Shown here: one piece after another, positions 36,301 through 36,859 of the stretch
Layout: every line of letters begins with the position of its first letter
Position numbering within the stretch: the first letter of the stretch is position 1
Assembly: GCA_947463775.1 (NCBI GenBank)
Contig: CANHVD010000001.1
Span: 1 to 36,859, forward strand
Direction: 5' to 3'
DNA length: 36,859 nucleotides
DNA from: Planctomycetaceae bacterium
GTDB taxonomy: Bacteria > Planctomycetota > Planctomycetia > Planctomycetales > Planctomycetaceae
Program-made: the position numbers and the translations under genes
The notes under the pieces: generated by a model
The model's input: only the letters and a program-made list of their open reading frames with translations
Database searches by the model: none
Told to the model about the DNA's origin: nothing

Positions 36301-36859
36301 CAAATCTTCAAGTGTGCCTTCCGGTCGGAATCTGCCCGTAAACGGTGAACTGCCCGTAAGAATTCCAGTCGGGGCAACATTGTCGAAGGACGTAGAGATC
36401 ATGTCTGGTTCATTTGAGACCAGGTCACTCACCAGTTCAATTCGGGTACCGCGAGGACTGACAAGATAAATGTCAAGGTCGGCCAGGAATGAATGAGTCA
36501 GGGTGAGGGTCACGTTAACGTCCGTCAAACGCGAAGTCTGAGTGGGAACGTTGATGTAAGAGTTGATCTTGTCGTTATCCAGAATTGTCTGAGCCGTGTT
36601 GTTAGCAAACACTTGTCTGGGGCCGACGTAGCTGAACGGTCCGTCAATGTCCGTTCGGAAGATTCGTGCCTGAGTTGCACCGGATCCAGCGGCCTCGGAG
36701 ATTGATCCGGCGACGATGTCGACTCCAACCGATTCCGCGTCCAGGACATCAATCGAGGCTGACACGGCAGAAGCATAACCGATCGCAGACGCCGTAAATG
36801 TGACCGTCTGAGTGCCGTCATTGATATAGTCGTCGACGGCATCCAACGAAACTGTTACG
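33337..36859 (-). CDS. giant secreted/surface repeat protein (Calx-beta-like modules, P-domain, five FN3-like modules). The N-terminus lies beyond the right edge.
   Basis: The reading frame stays open through 36847..36859 (VTVS upstream of the TTG used by the ORF track), so the CDS is 5'-truncated by the window. See the three sub-features below for domains. Confidence 0.93.
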   Translation of the reverse strand, partial: VTVSLDAVDDYINDGTQTVTFTASAIGYASAVSASIDVLDAESVGVDIVAGSISEAAGSGATQARIFRTDIDGPFSYVGPRQVFANNTAQTILDNDKINSYINVPTQTSRLTDVNVTLTLTHSFLADLDIYLVSPRGTRIELVSDLVSNEPDMISTSFDNVAPTGILTGSSPFTGRFRPEGTLEDLNGENPSGVWTLEITDDNPTDFGTLKSWALNIETIGLAPITVNLAKTGDTDEIGVQTTVVIPANQSSVFVPINAIDDTILDGTRLSGVRATTTSPGYFPSSDNVNVLDRETLQFTVNKSTVPETAGVGAITGTLRRLNTDINASFTVSLTSSDSSEITVPATVTIPAGKSFVTFPITVVDDTSTDGTQTVTVRAVTSQYVVDKNQIISVTDVEPKLVLSSSVSSVAENSGTFTATVTRQQQTDISQPVIVSLSVSSFTGLSSPIRVPATITIPAGRVDQTFVVTVLDDQLLDGTQTATILARAAGATDGSMTFQVTDHEVLSLSLSKTAVREDAGRFAARGTVTRSNLDYAFPVTVTLTSSDVSEIKVPTTITIPSGQLSTSFDIEAVNDPSLDGSQTVRISASASKYVGASSTITVDDHEPPVVTAPAPVIVDPNPTVQWIAVPNATRYEVLLQNLSTGSEQRYQLPRTSTTFKIQKPVADSLGLGRYRVLVRAYDQLERAGYWSIARDFRVVTAPTLIGPSTTSSLVSGTFPEIVWTPVLDASGYELTVHNLTTGKMNVISQKNIPTTSYRAVEVLGTGTYRATVRAFLSVASQGQAPVIDYGNFSASLDFTVLAAPSVLTPVSGGTFDRSPILSWSRITGAATYDVMVRNAQTQVIVFRDQSVPSTSIRIPQDLQNANYEVLVRAQSGRFYSNWSASRFFAVGASPGITSPLANEKAGAQPKFVWTSITGAERYEVRVLNRDTNAYVIQVGNVTGTSYTPTTKLPLGEYQVTVRAISLLGEITNWSAPVNFVGGATPVISRPTNNSVSGRMPSIAWSAVDGATAYNVKIVNLAGNVTVVATGNLSGTVFTPTTNLAAGKYRIWVRAVSAQGHLSNWSTAVDITVASNVIKEELTTLGTPVVSAALLVRQVESVPSGAESTVRENSSSTKFITAVIQNVAEEANSAADVIEAETIAAATDHVMAAWDVSDWWNTAAIVSEQNNEVI
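33640..35040 (-). repeat. five tandem ~90-102-aa FN3-like modules (protein-level repeats, diverged at DNA level)
   Basis: Each unit carries P.(I/F).W..(V/I)..A..Y(E/D/N)(V/L) ... (T/S)(S/T).. ... G.Y...VRA ... (N)WS. The invariant VRA occurs at visible-ORF residues 674, 768, 867, 957 and 1048. Confidence 0.78.
35047..36201 (-). repeat. about four Calx-beta-like ~100-aa modules (protein-level tandem repeats)
   Basis: The recurring block is (V/T)TIP(A/S)G....F.(I/V).(V/A)(V/L/I)(D/N)D...DG(T/S)QT(V/A), e.g. VTIPAGKSFVTFPITVVDDTSTDGTQTVTV, ITIPAGRVDQTFVVTVLDDQLLDGTQTATI and ITIPSGQLSTSFDIEAVNDPSLDGSQTVRI. Confidence 0.7.
36202..36585 (-). other. proprotein-convertase P-domain-like segment inside the giant CDS
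   Basis: Residues ~88-215 of the visible ORF read LTDVNVTLTLTHSFLADLDIYLVSPRGTRIELVS...NPSGVWTLEITDDNPTDFGTLKSWALNIE, the classic P-domain (PF01483-type) pattern. Confidence 0.75.

Noticed and set aside
35696-36469. Plus-strand ORFs of 138 aa (35696..36112) and 115 aa (36122..36469).
   Set aside because: They are antisense shadows within the repeat-rich giant gene. The Val/Ser/Thr-rich translation mirrors the sense-strand Thr/Val/Asp codon bias.
1-36859. Mobile elements, CRISPR arrays, a prophage or a defence island.
   Set aside because: There are no transposase, integrase, Cas, RT or nuclease-helicase-like ORFs, no direct-repeat arrays and no flanking tRNA. The only tandem repeats are protein-domain repeats inside the giant gene.

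Overview
This window looks like ordinary bacterial chromosome, most plausibly from a Planctomycetota (Planctomycetaceae-like) genome. That assignment is an inference from gene content: a Cys-type sulfatase, an FGE-family protein, a Tat-exported Gfo/Idh/MocA oxidoreductase, a PSCyt-like motif protein and a giant Calx-beta/FN3 surface protein. I support about 25 CDSs. Housekeeping genes are ispE, rsgA, metX-metW and rsmE, plus a bcp-type peroxiredoxin, an RraA-family protein and an enolase-superfamily enzyme. The rest are typical planctomycetal exported or accessory enzymes, a 1156-aa cytosolic enzyme-like protein, and the C-terminal 1170+ residues of a giant repeat protein that runs off the right edge. 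I found no rRNA, tRNA, CRISPR array, transposase, integrase or phage genes, and no obvious multi-gene 'system' such as a defence island. The items most worth a second look are single genes and elements. (1) A small secreted 8-Cys protein carries the full group III-like phospholipase A2 motif set. (2) A GspE/PilB-fold protein has every catalytic ATPase motif degenerated but keeps its tetracysteine site. (3) A stand-alone GGQ release-factor domain is fused to an HTH-like tail instead of a basic ArfB tail. (4) The metX leader carries a 14/15-nt match to the SAM-I riboswitch core. (5) The 1156-aa protein is tentatively a PPi-type PEPCK. (6) Two intergenic gaps, 727 bp and about 530 bp, are unusually long and unexplained. 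All functional calls come from motif recognition by eye. No database search was run.
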